A DNA stretch of 64,000 nucleotides. Origin: Octopus vulgaris. Taxonomy: Eukaryota. Under the pieces are notes generated by a model, which saw only the letters and a list, made by a program, of their open reading frames with translations, did not search any database and was not told the origin of the DNA. Positions within the stretch are counted from its first letter, which is position 1. Each line of letters starts with the position of its first letter. Both the position numbers and the translations under genes were made by a program. This document shows, in pieces, positions 12,213 through 24,437 of this stretch. The stretch lies in contig OX597824.1 in NCBI GenBank assembly GCA_951406725.2, forward strand, positions 9,920,001 to 9,984,000, read 5' to 3'.

Positions 12213-14738
12213 AAATTTTACCCAAAAATAGATTTATTGCTAAAAATTGAATAGAGTTATTGCTAAAAATTGAATTTTGGCTTCCTACTACTGTCATGAT
12301 GCCTCACCATCCACGATGTTAACGTTTATAGATTCAGCATATGGAGCATATTCGCTATATGGTTTGTCGAAAATTTTTACAGAAAATTTTTGCGCAAATA
12401 TTTTTTTTAAATTTTTGCCGTAAATTTTGACCAAAAATTTTTCGAAAATTTTCACCGAAAATTTTACCCAATAATTTCAAAAATTTTTCCAAACAATTTT
12501 CCGAAAATTTTCAATGAAAATTTTCCTCAAAAATTTTTAGATAATTTTCGCCAAAAATCTTTCCAAAAAATTCTCCGAAAATTTTCACCGAAAACGATAT
12601 GGTATGGTTTTTCGAAAATTTTCACCGAAAATTTTAACCAAAAATTTTTCGAAAGTGTTCACCGAAAATTTTACCCAAAAATATATTTATGTTATTGCTA
12701 AAAATAGATTTTCATGTGCCTGCTGCTTTCTGTGTATATATAGAGTGAATTCTTGCTTACTACTACTATCAAGATGCCTCACCATTCACGATGCACCAGG
12801 TTCCTCTTTACACTTAACAACTATGACGATGTCGACGTTTATTGACTTCATCATATGGAGCATATTCGTTATATGGTTTTTCGAAAATTTTAACTGCAAT
12901 TTTTACCCAAAACTCTTTTGAAAATTTTTGCTGAAAATTTTCCCCAAAAATTTTTCGAAAATTTTCACCGAAAATTTTACCCCAAAATTCTTCTCAAAAT
13001 TTTCACCAAAAATTTTCCGAAAATTTTCGAAAAATTTTCACCAAAAACGATGTCGAATATTTTCACCGAAAATTTTAGCCAAAAATTTTTTGAAAAATTT
13101 GCCGAAAATTTTCCCCAAAATTTTTCGAAAATTTTCACAAAATATTTGCCAAAAATTTTCACTGAAAATTTAACCCCAAAATTTTTCGAAAATTTTCAAC
13201 AAAATATTTCGTAAAATTTTTGGGTATAATTTTCGGTGAAAATGCCAAAATCACAAAGTATGGAAAGCCAGCGGTGCCAAAATCACGAAGTATGGAAGGT
13301 CAGAGGTAGCCAAATCACAAAGTATGAAAGGCCAGCGGTGCCAAAATCATAAAGTATGGAAAGCCATTTTTGGGCAAAATTTTCAGCAAAAATTTTCAAA
13401 AAATTTTGGGGTAAAATTTTCGGTTAAAATTTTCGAAAAACCATATAAGGAAGATGCTCCATATGCTGAAGTCTATAAACGTCGACATCGTTTAAAGTGT
13501 AAAGCAGAATCTGAAAATTTTTGGTCAAGATTTTTTGAAAAATTTCTTTAAAATTTCTGGTCAAAATTTGTTTGAAAATTTTTGGAAAGATTTTCTGAAA
13601 ATTTTCCTGAAAAATTTTTGAAAAATTTTACTCCACAAAGTATGGAAGGCCAGCGGTGCCAATATCAGAAAGTATGGAAGGCCAGTGGTGCCAAAATCAC
13701 AAAGTATGGAAGGCCAGCGGTGCCAAATTCACAAAGTATGGAAAGCCATTTCGGGGTAAAATTTTCGACAAATTATTGGGTAAAATTTTCGGTGAAAAGT
13801 TTCGAAAAATTTCTGGTCAAAATTTTCTGAAAATTTTTTGAAAATTTTTGGTCAAAATTTTTTGAAAAATTTTTAGAAAATTTTTGGTCAAAATTTTTTG
13901 AAAAATTTTCTAAAAATTTTTGGTCAAAATTGTTTTGAAAATTTTTGGAAAAATTTTCTAAAAAAGTTTTGAATAATTTTACTCCACAAAGTATGGTAAG
14001 CCAGCGGTGCCAAAATCAGAAAGTATGGAAGGCCATAGGTGCCGAAATCACAAAGTATGGAAGGCCAGAGGTGCCAAAATCACAAAGTATGGAAGGCCAG
14101 CGGTGCCAAAATCAGAAAGTATGGAAGGCCAGTGGTGCCAAAATCACAAAGTATGGAAGGCCAGCGGGGCCAAAATCACAAAGTATGGAAAGTCATTTCG
14201 GGGTAAAATTTTCGACAAATTATTGGGTAAAATTTTCGGTGAAAAGTTACGAAAAATTTCTGGTCCTAATTTTCTGAAAATTTTTTGAAAATTTTTGCTC
14301 AAAATTTTTCAAAAAATTTTCTGAAAATTTTTGGTCAAAATTTATTTGAAAATTTTTGGAAAAATTTTCCTGAAAAAGTTTTGAAAAATTTTACTCCACA
14401 AAGTATTACAATACTTTGTGGAGTATGGAAGGCCAGCAGTGCCAAAATCAGAAAGTATGGAAGGCCATAGGTGCCAAAATCACAAAGTATGGAAGGCCAG
14501 AGGTGCCAAAATTATTGGGTAAAATTTTTGGTGAAAAGTTTCGAAAAATTTCTCGTCAAAATTTTCTGAAAATTTTTTGAAAATTTTTGGTCAAAATTTT
14601 TTTTTAAATTTTTAGAAAGTTTTTGGTCAAAATTTTTTGAAAAATTTTCTGAAAATTTTTGGTAAAAATTTTTTGAAAAATTTTCTGAAAATTTTTTGTC
14701 ATAATTATTTGAAAAATTTTCCAAGAATTTTTGAAAAA
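12213..14738. repeat. A/T-tract (AAAATTTT) periodic satellite with embedded 32-bp tandem repeats
   Basis: aaaattttc(a)ccg and aaaatttttggtc units. The 32-mer AAAGTATGGAAGGCCAGCGGTGCCAAAATCAC occurs in blocks at about 13243-13365, 13635-13748, 13986-14193 and 14420-14510. Confidence 0.92.
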
Positions 14739-14949
14739 TGAGGATGACAAAGAGATGATGGACTTAGACAAGCTCAATATTAAATACTAAGTACTAAACT
14801 TAACTGGATTAGAACTTGGTGAAGAACCTATTCACCCAATTTGCTGACATTTCCAATGGCACACAGGTGTTGATGAATGTTTGAATGACCAAATCCAAGC
14901 TTCTCTGCTAGTTCCTTGACAGCCTACTGGGAAAGGCTGAAACAGCTAA

Positions 14950-15334
14950 GACTCTACTCCCTGGAGTAAAGGCAGGAAAGTTATGCAGTAATATACATCT
15001 GGAAGGAATTGTGCCAAATTTTGGCATTGACAACTACACCAATGCCAGAACGGGTTGACACTGCACACTGCCAAAAATCCCAGCAATGCCATCACGCTTC
15101 AGGACCTGTTACTGCAACACCCTGGGTTTCAGGGGCTCACAGCTTTTTAATATTCTCTCAAAGAGCCTGAGGAACATGCACAAAGTAGATATAGGTATTT
15201 TAAAATCAAGGCTGGACCTCTTCCTGTCGAGAGTCCCAGATGAACCTACCTCATGGCAAAAGGTGCGAATGAGGCTAGCTACATCAAACTCCATTCTTCA
15301 CCAAGACCCACATATTAGAGGAGGATCTCAGTAA
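14950..15334 (+). mobile_element. LINE (CR1/L2-like) ORF2 3' fragment
   Basis: LEGIVPNFGI...RGSQLFNILSKSLRN...KSRLDLFLSRVPDEP resembles the C-terminus of CR1-group ORF2; contains an internal stop. Confidence 0.65.
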
Positions 15335-15502
15335 TACTGTAACAAAACAGCAGTGCTCCATCATGGTCACAGCTCTGAGCTGAAACTACAAATATGTGTG
15401 TGTGTTTATATATATATGTATACATATATATATATGAAATGTTTAATTTATTTCATGGTCTGTGGACCCCACGTGGTCCACAGACTACAGATTGGGAACC
15501 AC

Positions 15503-15860
15503 TGTACTAGATAATGCATATACAGGTTATACACAATACATACAAATCAATAAAGGAGCCATGCCTCAGGGTGAAGGCACATTGCCCATTGGTTAGTGTG
15601 CTACACTTCCAATCATAAGGTCGCAGTTTCTATTCCTGGACTGGGCAGTGTGTTGTGTACGTCACCAAAGATTTAATTTCATGTTGCTCCAGTCCACTTG
15701 GCTGTAAAATGAGTTCCAATAATTGCTGGGAAGTTAATCCTGTGAGGGACTGGTGTCCTGTTCAGGGGGAAGGGAGTGTTGTAATTTCATTTGTTTATAT
15801 GCCATAGAAGCCAGGTCATGAGAGCCTCCAAGTGGTCTCACAACCTGCTAGTAATATCAC
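15503..15860 (+). repeat. Source copy of a 358-bp near-identical direct duplication (other copy 18273-18630)
   Basis: TGTACTAGATAATGCA...CAACCTGCTAG-AATATCAC present twice, offset 2770 bp, with only a few substitutions. Confidence 0.92.
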
Positions 15861-17652
15861 ACATTACATCTTGAAAAGTAGAAAGAACACAAAAATAATG
15901 CAGTCCTAGATACACAATGGCTGAAAAACAAGAAACTGGATGGTCATGGTCAGAATGGCTTTGATCATAAGATCTTCTGGAACAGGATCAGAGTTGAACA
16001 GCACATATAAACATTACTTTTTATCTATATAGATACAAAGAAGGCTTTTGTTGGTATATTTTATTATCATACATTGCAGGAAAAGTTAGCAGAATATAAC
16101 ATGTTTTGGAATTTAATTAGTTTATTTGATTTGGAGCAGGAAGAAGAAGGGGTGGAGTATTTGATTGGATAATTTTCTTTTGTCTTTAAAATTTCTTTCT
16201 TCTTTTCTTTTCTTTTTCAATAGAAACATCAGTTTTTTTTTTAGACGTGAACCAACAAATGCAAGGATGTGGAATAGACAGTGTGTGTAGAAGAGAATTG
16301 AGGTGTAGACAAACATAATAGCAAAAATAACTAATGCCAATATAAAAGAGTGAAGAACTAGTTGTTTCAACTGTTGACTAATTCTTTGTCTTTGGACTTT
16401 AGTTGGAAGAGTATCAACTTACTGAGAACTGTGGTTTAAGTGGAGGAGAGTTGGAGAGTGTGTTGCTCAACAGAGAATCACATAGGTTCAAGTATCTCAC
16501 ACACATTAAAGGAAATTAATAGATACACAAATAGGCAACATAAACACACGATTCATGGACACGCACACAGAATCACATGCACAACACACACATACGCAAC
16601 TGATACACAAACAGAAAGGCAACATAAATACACACACACAGACATTCATTGAATGCAAATACAAAAGAATACACAGAGTAAGAAACAAACACATACACAG
16701 GCGCATGGTTCCGGGTTCAGTCCCACTGCGTGGTACCTTGGGCAAGTGTCTTCTACTATAGCCTCAGGACCAACCAAAGCCTTGTGAGTAGATTTGGTAG
16801 ACAGAAACTGAAAGAAGCCCGTCGTATATATGTATATATATATGTGTGTGTGTGTGTGTGTTTGTGTGTCTGTGTTTGTCCCCCTAGCATTGCTTGACAA
16901 CCGATGCTCCTGTGTTTATGTCCCCGTTACTTAGCGGTTCGGCAAAAGAGACCGATAGAATAAGTACTGGGCTTACAAACGAATAAGCCCCGGGGTCGAG
17001 TTGCTCGATTAAAGGCGGTGCTCCGGCATGGCTGCAGTCAAATGACTGAAACAAGTAAAAGAGTAAAAGAGTATAAGACACATGATTAGGGGCAACGCAG
17101 AGACAGAATCACACACACAAAGCACAAATAAAACAAAGAAGTATGATAAGGAGAAATTTGAGGAACCATAAAAAGAAAATACTTATGCTTCTATAATGGA
17201 GACATTCTCATCTTACACATTTATGTCTGGGGTCCCAGTACGTATACACACACACACATAAACGCACACACATGCACACATGCGTGCACATACATATATC
17301 TTGTATCTTTTATCTGTTCCTTTCATTTCACTGCAGCCATGCTGGAGCACTGCCCTGAAGAATTTCAGCTGAATGAAATCGCTAGTACTTTCTTTTTTAA
17401 GCCTGGTACTTACTCCGTCAATCTCTTTAGCCAAACTGCTAAGTTTACAGGGATGTAAACACATCAACACCAGTTCTCAAAGTTGTAGTGGTGGCCAAAC
17501 ACAAATACACACACACATATATATATAACAGGCTTTGACCAAATCCACTTGAGGCTATAATGGAAGACACACAGTGGAACTGAACCTGGAACAATGTGGT
17601 TGGGAAGCAAACATTTTACCACACAGCCATACTTGCACCTATATATATAAAC

Positions 17653-17694
<42 letters not shown>

Positions 17695-18272
17695 ACACAT
17701 ATATATAAACATTATATACATATATACATACATATATATATATATATATCACCGTCACCGACCAGGCTATCAGATGTTGCTACACATCGCTGGTCACAAT
17801 GCGCTTCACATTGTTTTAGCCTTCAAATGATGCCACCCCGCTGGCTAAGCGAGCAGGCCAACAGAAGAAAGAGTGAGAGAAAGTTGTGGCGAAAGAGTAC
17901 AGCAGGGATCGCCACAACCCCCTGCCGGAGCCTCGTGGAGCTTTGGGTGTCTTCGCTCAATAAACACACACAACGCCCGGTCTGCGAATCGAAACCGCGA
18001 TCCTCCGACCGTGAGTCCGCTGCTCTAACCACTGGGCCATTGCACCTCCACATATATATATATTCTTTTATTTCTTTCAGTCATTTGACTGTGGCCATGC
18101 TGGAGCACCGCCTTTAGTCGAGCAAAACGACCCCAGGACTTATTCTTAGAAGTCTAGTACTTATTCTATCGGTCTCTCTTGCCAAACTGCTAAGTGACGA
18201 GGACGTAAACACAGGAGCATCGGTTGTCAAACGATGTTGGGGGGAACAAACACAGACACACAAACACAGGTA

Positions 18273-18630
18273 TGTACTAGATAATGCACATACAGGTTAT
18301 ACACAATACATACAAATCAATAAAGGAGCCATGCCTCAGGGTGAAGGCACATTGCCCATTGGTTAGTGTGCTACACTTCCAATCATAAGGTCGCAGTTTC
18401 TATTCCTGGACTGGGCAGTGTGTTGTGTACGTCACCAAAGATTTAATTTCATGTTGCTCCAGTCCACTTGGCTGTAAAATGAGTTCCAACAATTGCTGGG
18501 AAGTTAATCCTGTGAGGGACTGGTGTCCTGTTCAGGGAGAAGGGAGTGTTGTAATTTCATTTGTTTATATGCCATAGAAGCCAGGTCATGAGAGCCTCCA
18601 AGTGGTCTCACAACCTGCTAGAAATATCAC
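18273..18630 (+). repeat. Inserted copy of 15503-15860, flanked by 10-bp direct repeat AACACAGGTA
   Basis: AACACAGGTA at 18263-18272 and 18633-18642. Confidence 0.88.
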
Positions 18631-18776
18631 TGAACACAGGTACAGCAAAGTAATTAAGAAGTTAACCTCACAATCATCAGACTTCAGGTTCTATCCTGCT
18701 GCACGACACCTTGGGCAAATGTATTTAACCATGATTTGTGACCCATACCATGTAAGTGAAACTGAATAAACAGAAA

Positions 18777-18817
<41 letters not shown>

Positions 18818-19033
18818 TGTGTATAAGCCCTTCAGATGGGTTGTACCTGTATTTCAAAGGTCCAGCCTTCTCGTGCTGACTTACGGTGATTCTGACTACC
18901 CTACAGATTACATTAGTGGAACAAGTGTCTGTGGAAAACTCACTCACTGACACTAAATATCTCAATGAGTAAAGGAGTCCAGTGGAGTGGAAAACAGATA
19001 TATTCCTCATTGAATATATTCACCAATAGATAT

Positions 19034-19064
<31 letters not shown>

Positions 19065-19265
19065 TATATAACCATCATTTAACATCAGTCGATATATATT
19101 CATACATACACATGTATGTGTGGGTATGTATACACAGACACATACACACACACTCTATATTTTGATAAATATGATCACTCTACACAATGCATTGAGTACT
19201 CTTATTTTTGTTCATGAAATAACTTACAAATCATAACACACATATATATATCATTGTTTTCTTTT

Positions 19266-19300
<35 letters not shown>

Positions 19301-19530
19301 AGTACATATATACACATGATGATGTGGGGAAGAAGATGACAAAAATAAGAGACTTAAAATAAGAAAAATATAAGTAGAAAAGTGAAACAAGAGGTTGACC
19401 TTTTTGACCTCCTTGACCACAGGAGACAGACAACTAAAAAAAGAAAGAAAATGGAATAAAAAAAGAAAGAAAGAAAGGAAAGGAGGAAGAAAAGTAAAGA
19501 AGAAAGCTAAAGTTGGAAACAATTATCATT

Positions 19531-20905
19531 TCATACTTCATCATCACTAGACACTTCTAACTGATTCTGTTGCCGATAGTTACGACGAGCACGCTCCACT
19601 CTGTGCTTGAAACGCTTGAATTCTGTCCACACAGGTTCAAAACTGGGACTGTTCCTAGAACTACTACTACTACCACTACTACTGCTACTACTAGCAATGT
19701 TGTTACTAGTACTGACAGCACTACCACTGCCGGTGGTTGTGTTGGATATGTCATGGTTATTTGCAGCAATGATAACATTGTTGCTGTTGTTGTTTTCAAC
19801 AGAAGAGAACAAATTAGAAGAAGTAGTATTGGCTGGTGATGATGATGGGTGTGAGCTGTTGGTGACCCGTGTTTTTGCCACCCCAGCAACAGGGATCCGA
19901 CTACTGTTACTCCCAGTGATTTTACTCATAGACTTAGCAATGCCATCGACCTTGTTGCTACTGCCGATGCTGCTGCTGCTGCTCTTGTTGCTCTTGTTCT
20001 TGTTGTTCAGCAGACTGTCCCCCGCGGCACACGGCTGACTGTCCACCTTGTGCAAGTAGGGCCCTAGCTCCATCTCGTCCCGATGGCCTTTGCCCTCTGC
20101 CGAAGCTACGGCGGACGACACGGAGCTGCTGACCGACACCAGCGACTTCGATGTGGACATCGACCGGTCCTGCAGACACGGGGAGGAGGAAGAGGAAGAA
20201 GAAGAAGAAGAGGAAGAAGACGAGGAAGATGATGAAGAGGAGGTGGTAGATGTTGAAGAGGATGATGATGATGATGATGATGATGAAGATGAGGAAGATG
20301 AGGAGGATGAGGAGGAGGACAGAGCGGGAGTCTGGGCAATTAGTTTAGTCTCAGTGAATTCGTAACTAGAAGCATTCACTTGATGGCGTAGTTCCTTCCA
20401 TTTTTTCAGATCAGCCAAAGCCTTCTGCTTTTGCTGAGAGTCGGTACCGTTTCGGGAGGGCCACAGATCCACTGATGAAGTTGTAGAAGATGCTGTTGTG
20501 GTGGTGGCAGGTGCACTCGTCTGTGGCACCATTTTCTTTAGTTTGGCATGAACAGACGCAAGATAGTTGCCATCATCATCAGATTCCGAACTAGAAGGGT
20601 TCCAAGGACAGACTCGTTTTTTCACAGCTGAGATATGCCTGGCTTTGTTGAACATAATGTTGGCATTTTCTTTTCTCTTTCGGGCAATCAACTGAGAAAT
20701 ACTTTTACGGTTGTTATTAGGCTGCTGGCCTTCCAGCATCGAAGTGCTGCCATTTGCAACATCCACAGTTCGAGGAATGGTCTCACTTTCTAACGGCACA
20801 TTTAATAATGTTGATGAATTTACACTGGTTGAGGAAAGATTCGTGTTAGTATTGTTGTTGTTTGTACTGGTGGTGTTTGTATTTATGGTTGTAGTAGTAC
20901 TGTTG

Positions 20906-20941
<36 letters not shown>

Positions 20942-21495
20942 GCAGTCTTGTTACTACTATTATCATCATTACAGTTAGTTTTGTTACTGCTGTTGTTATT
21001 GTTATTGTTGTTGCTGTTGTTGTTGTTATTGTTATTGTTGTTGTTCTGAGACTGGGATGATCGCAATGGTCTGCTCCGATGCTGTGAGTTGTCAGCATCT
21101 CTCGTGCTCATCACACTAGCAAATGCAATAGTGAAAGGGCTGTAACCCCCTTCTTCTTCATCCGAACTGGGATGAGGGGACATTTCAACAAGCTCAGCAC
21201 GAGCCTGAATCATTCGTTCGTAAAATTCATCCTCGTCATTTGTAGAAAAATTGGAATAGTCATCCTCGGAACTCCAGCCTTCTAATTCGCGTTGTACCAA
21301 AGAGTCAAAAAAAGCCATCATACGAGGGTCTTCTTCCATTGATTGGTGTGTATAGTCATGTGACATAACATGACCACTGCGCAGGACTAGATTAATATAT
21401 TCCTCGTGCGTGTAGACAGGACGCTCGGGCTGAGAAATTTTTGAAGTTTTTTTTAAACTGCCATTTGAACTTGGAATTAAAAACGGGCTCCATAT
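19531..21495 (-). CDS. DCAF5: DCAF5 last coding exon (655 codons including TGA stop), low-complexity C-terminal tail
   Basis: Begins IWSPF...YTHEEYINLVLRSGHVMSHDYTHQSMEEDPRMMAFFDSLVQRELEGWSS, cf. DCAF5 SHDYANQSVQEDPRMMAFFDSLVRREIEGWSS. Acceptor AACAG, phase 0, open to the stop at 19531-19533. Confidence 0.95.
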
Positions 21496-23185
21496 CTGTT
21501 TAAAACAAACAAAAATAAAGCAGAAAATTATAAAAAGGAAAGCAATTTATTAAAAGCACGACTATAATATTTTATACAATCATTCCTTACATTCAGTAAC
21601 CTACATTAATACATCACATGACCGCATGATTAAACAGACTATCAAATATTGTTATACATCGCTGGTCACATTGCATTTCGCATCATCTTAAACTTTGAAT
21701 GAAACCACATCCGACAGGCTATGCGAGCAGTACGAAAAGTACCATCAGTTTAATAATATCAAAGTTATTTTACTAAATTTTACTAAGTCTTTTCCTAAAG
21801 TGTTTAGACCTGTTGTAATCAAATTTGTAATAAAATACACTACCTTTGTTTCATTTAATTTCCAGAATAACGAAGAATTTAGTAAAATAACTGTTATTAT
21901 TAAGCTACTTGCTTCAGGCAAAAATTAACATTATATTTTGATGGAAAGTTTTAAGTCAGATCACTTTAAAACAAGAAAGTTGTACGTATGAAAGAACGAG
22001 GGCAGACACATGCGGGTGGTATCGAAAGGGGAGACAACTAGTTGCTACTATTTTAAACAACATGGTTATGTGTGAAGACTAGGGGGGATAACTCTGGAAT
22101 ATTTTATGTTGAACCCGGTTAAAGAAAGTATGATACCAAGAACAGTAACGTTATTGTGATCATTGTTTTAACGTCCACTTTTCCATGCTTGAATGGGTCA
22201 GACGGAGTTTATTGAGCAGAATTTCTTACAGCTGGACGCCCTTCCTGTGCCCAAGTAAGGTAATATTTTCCCAGGCCAAGACATGTTTTTGCAGAATATT
22301 GGAAACGAATGACATCCATTTACGACAATAATCCAAACCAAGACAAGGAGACACTAACGCAAACACACACACAGCCACATACATAAATATATACATATAC
22401 GTACATATATATAATTCCCCCAATTGTAATCCCATAGATTACTATGTGTAGAGTGTGGTTGAGAAAGACACCAGTTGCTCTGCTTGCAACACCAAGGTCG
22501 AGCTGGTGGCCAAGAATCAAGATCTTCAAAGATTTTCCCAAGAACACAGTGAGAACACATGCACCAGATTCCAGAGCTGTCGTGTGGCCATGGTGAAAGC
22601 CGAGGGGTAGCTACTTTGAGTAAACTGTTATCTTGCAGCCATAATCTAGTTGATATTATTGGATTTTTAAAAATATTTTCAAGTTTTGGATGGGATGTTG
22701 TTTTCTTTACCTTTTATGCAAACTGTCAAATTTAGCCTCATCCTCATCATTTAACGTCCCTTTTTCATGCTAGCATGGGTTGGACGGTTTGATAGGGACA
22801 GATGAGCCAGAGGCTCCGCCAGATTCTATGTTTTTCTTGACATGGTTCCCTAATGCCAACCACTAAATAGGGTGTACAGGGTGCTTTTTTTTATGTCAAA
22901 CTTAGCCCAAACACCCTGTATGTGTATGCATGCACAAGTGCACACACACAAGGGAAAAAAATGCTTCTTAATGAAAAATGTATTTATAAAAGTGGCCTAA
23001 TTTATAGAGCTACAAAAGACAGAAAAATACAGTAAAAAAATAATGATGTAACTTTTTTAAAAAATCTGTTTTGAATATAACTGATACATTTGAATTATTT
23101 TTTACTAAAGAGAACAAATTTCTCCCTAAGTGTCAATTTGTAAATAAATACAATTTTCAAAACAATCTTTTATAAATTTACAAAC

Positions 23186-23304
23186 CTTGACTACTTTCTC
23201 CACACCAGATGATACTATCAGATGGTTGCATGGATTAAATCGCACTTGGTTTACAATAGATCGGTGATCCCTAAGGACCATGTGAGCTCTGTTTACATAG
23301 GTCC
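23186..23304 (-). CDS. DCAF5: DCAF5 coding exon (probable exon 8)
   Basis: (R)TYVNRAHMVLRDHRSIVNQVRFNPCNHLIVSSGVEKVVK, cf. HRSIVNQVRFNP...SSGVEKIIK. Acceptor ATCAG, donor GTTTGT, 119 nt. Confidence 0.95.
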
Positions 23305-23453
23305 CTGATAATGAGAATAGCAAAACAAAAATCATATTAATTGTAGCGTTTAGAAGATGATAATCATAATTAACTATAACGAAGTGGGATAACTCTGTTA
23401 AGTACTAATCCAACCGAATTTTAACTCTAAAATGGCTTTGAATTTATGAATAG

Positions 23454-23800
23454 CTAGCAGTATCGCCCGGCGTTGCTCAGGTTTGTTTCGACCCTTTAGA
23501 ATTGGAATTTTTGAAAAGTAAAAATTTTGCATTATGTAGCTTGTTATGGAGACACTACAGTAAAAGAAATCCTAAAAAATAGGGATTTTCAAAGAAAAAA
23601 AGCACCTTTTTGATTTAATTAAATTTTGGTGTTAACATGGTCTGATTTGAATTTTTTCTTCTACGGAAGGAAGAGCAAGCCTTCTTCTATCATACTCTCA
23701 ATTTTGGTCAACTTGCACCGCAGGGTCTCGGAGGAGATAGTGTTAGTTGAAGGCTACCAAACATGCCATACACAGACAACTTCAGCTTTATATATATAGA
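23454..23800 (-). mobile_element. Non-autonomous Helitron
   Basis: On the minus strand: 5' TCTATATATATAAAG, and a 3' hairpin CCtGAGCAACGCCGGG followed by CTAG. Same 3' end as 56979-57374 and 58514-59150. Confidence 0.78.
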
Positions 23801-24251
23801 GATAAATATAGCTTATCAGGAAGAGATGTTTCCTCTCACATAATACAGTGAGATTTGAAGCTAGATCCAGCTCAGCAAACCAGGTTACATCTTTAGAAAC
23901 TGAATTACAGGCAAGAATCACAAGATGGATTTTTAAAACCAAGCCAAGCCAACTGTCAGAAGACATAGGAATAGACCAAGAATGAAAAAGCTGGATAATA
24001 TCTAGTCTCGGTCAATGCTTGGGAATCTAGCTGGAAAATGTAGTGATAGTTGCTTCTGATAGCACCCTTTGGAGAAGGTACCTGAGGTTTCAAGTCCCAT
24101 GACTTTCCCAAGAATAGTGGGGAGAAAGAAAAAAAGAATTAATTAATTAATTAAATTATTTTCAACCAGTGTACCATTTATGAGGAAAAGTAATGCAAGA
24201 CAGGGATACTCAAGAATTCAAAGTATTAAAATTGAATAGAAAACAACTTAC

Positions 24252-24318
24252 TTTTCGATAAGTCTTCAGGAATCTTCCACATATACAAATTGAAATCATC
24301 AGAGCCAGACAGAATGTA
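24252..24318 (-). CDS. DCAF5: DCAF5 coding exon (probable exon 7)
   Basis: YILSGSDDFNLYMWKIPEDLSK, cf. YILSGSDDFNLYMWRIP. Acceptor TTTAG, donor GTAAGT, 67 nt. Confidence 0.95.
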
Positions 24319-24437
24319 CTAAAAATGGAAATAAATTGAAAACTTCTAAACATGTATATTTACAACAAAAGGTTTACTTTCCAGAGGACAGATAATATGA
24401 GTTATGATATTACTTGCCCAAAGAACAAACACTTTAA

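Noticed and set aside
13243-14510. 32-bp repeats of CRISPR-like length
   Set aside because: Units are head-to-tail with no unique spacers, there are no cas genes, and the context is eukaryotic.
10171-14724. ORFs with TKPDQ/FSKNF-type repeats
   Set aside because: They are translations of stop-poor satellite DNA with no splice or domain evidence.
19557-21098. Overlapping or antisense ORFs (poly-Leu, poly-Glu/Asp, His/Pro-rich)
   Set aside because: They are alternative-frame readings of the trinucleotide repeats in the DCAF5 last exon.
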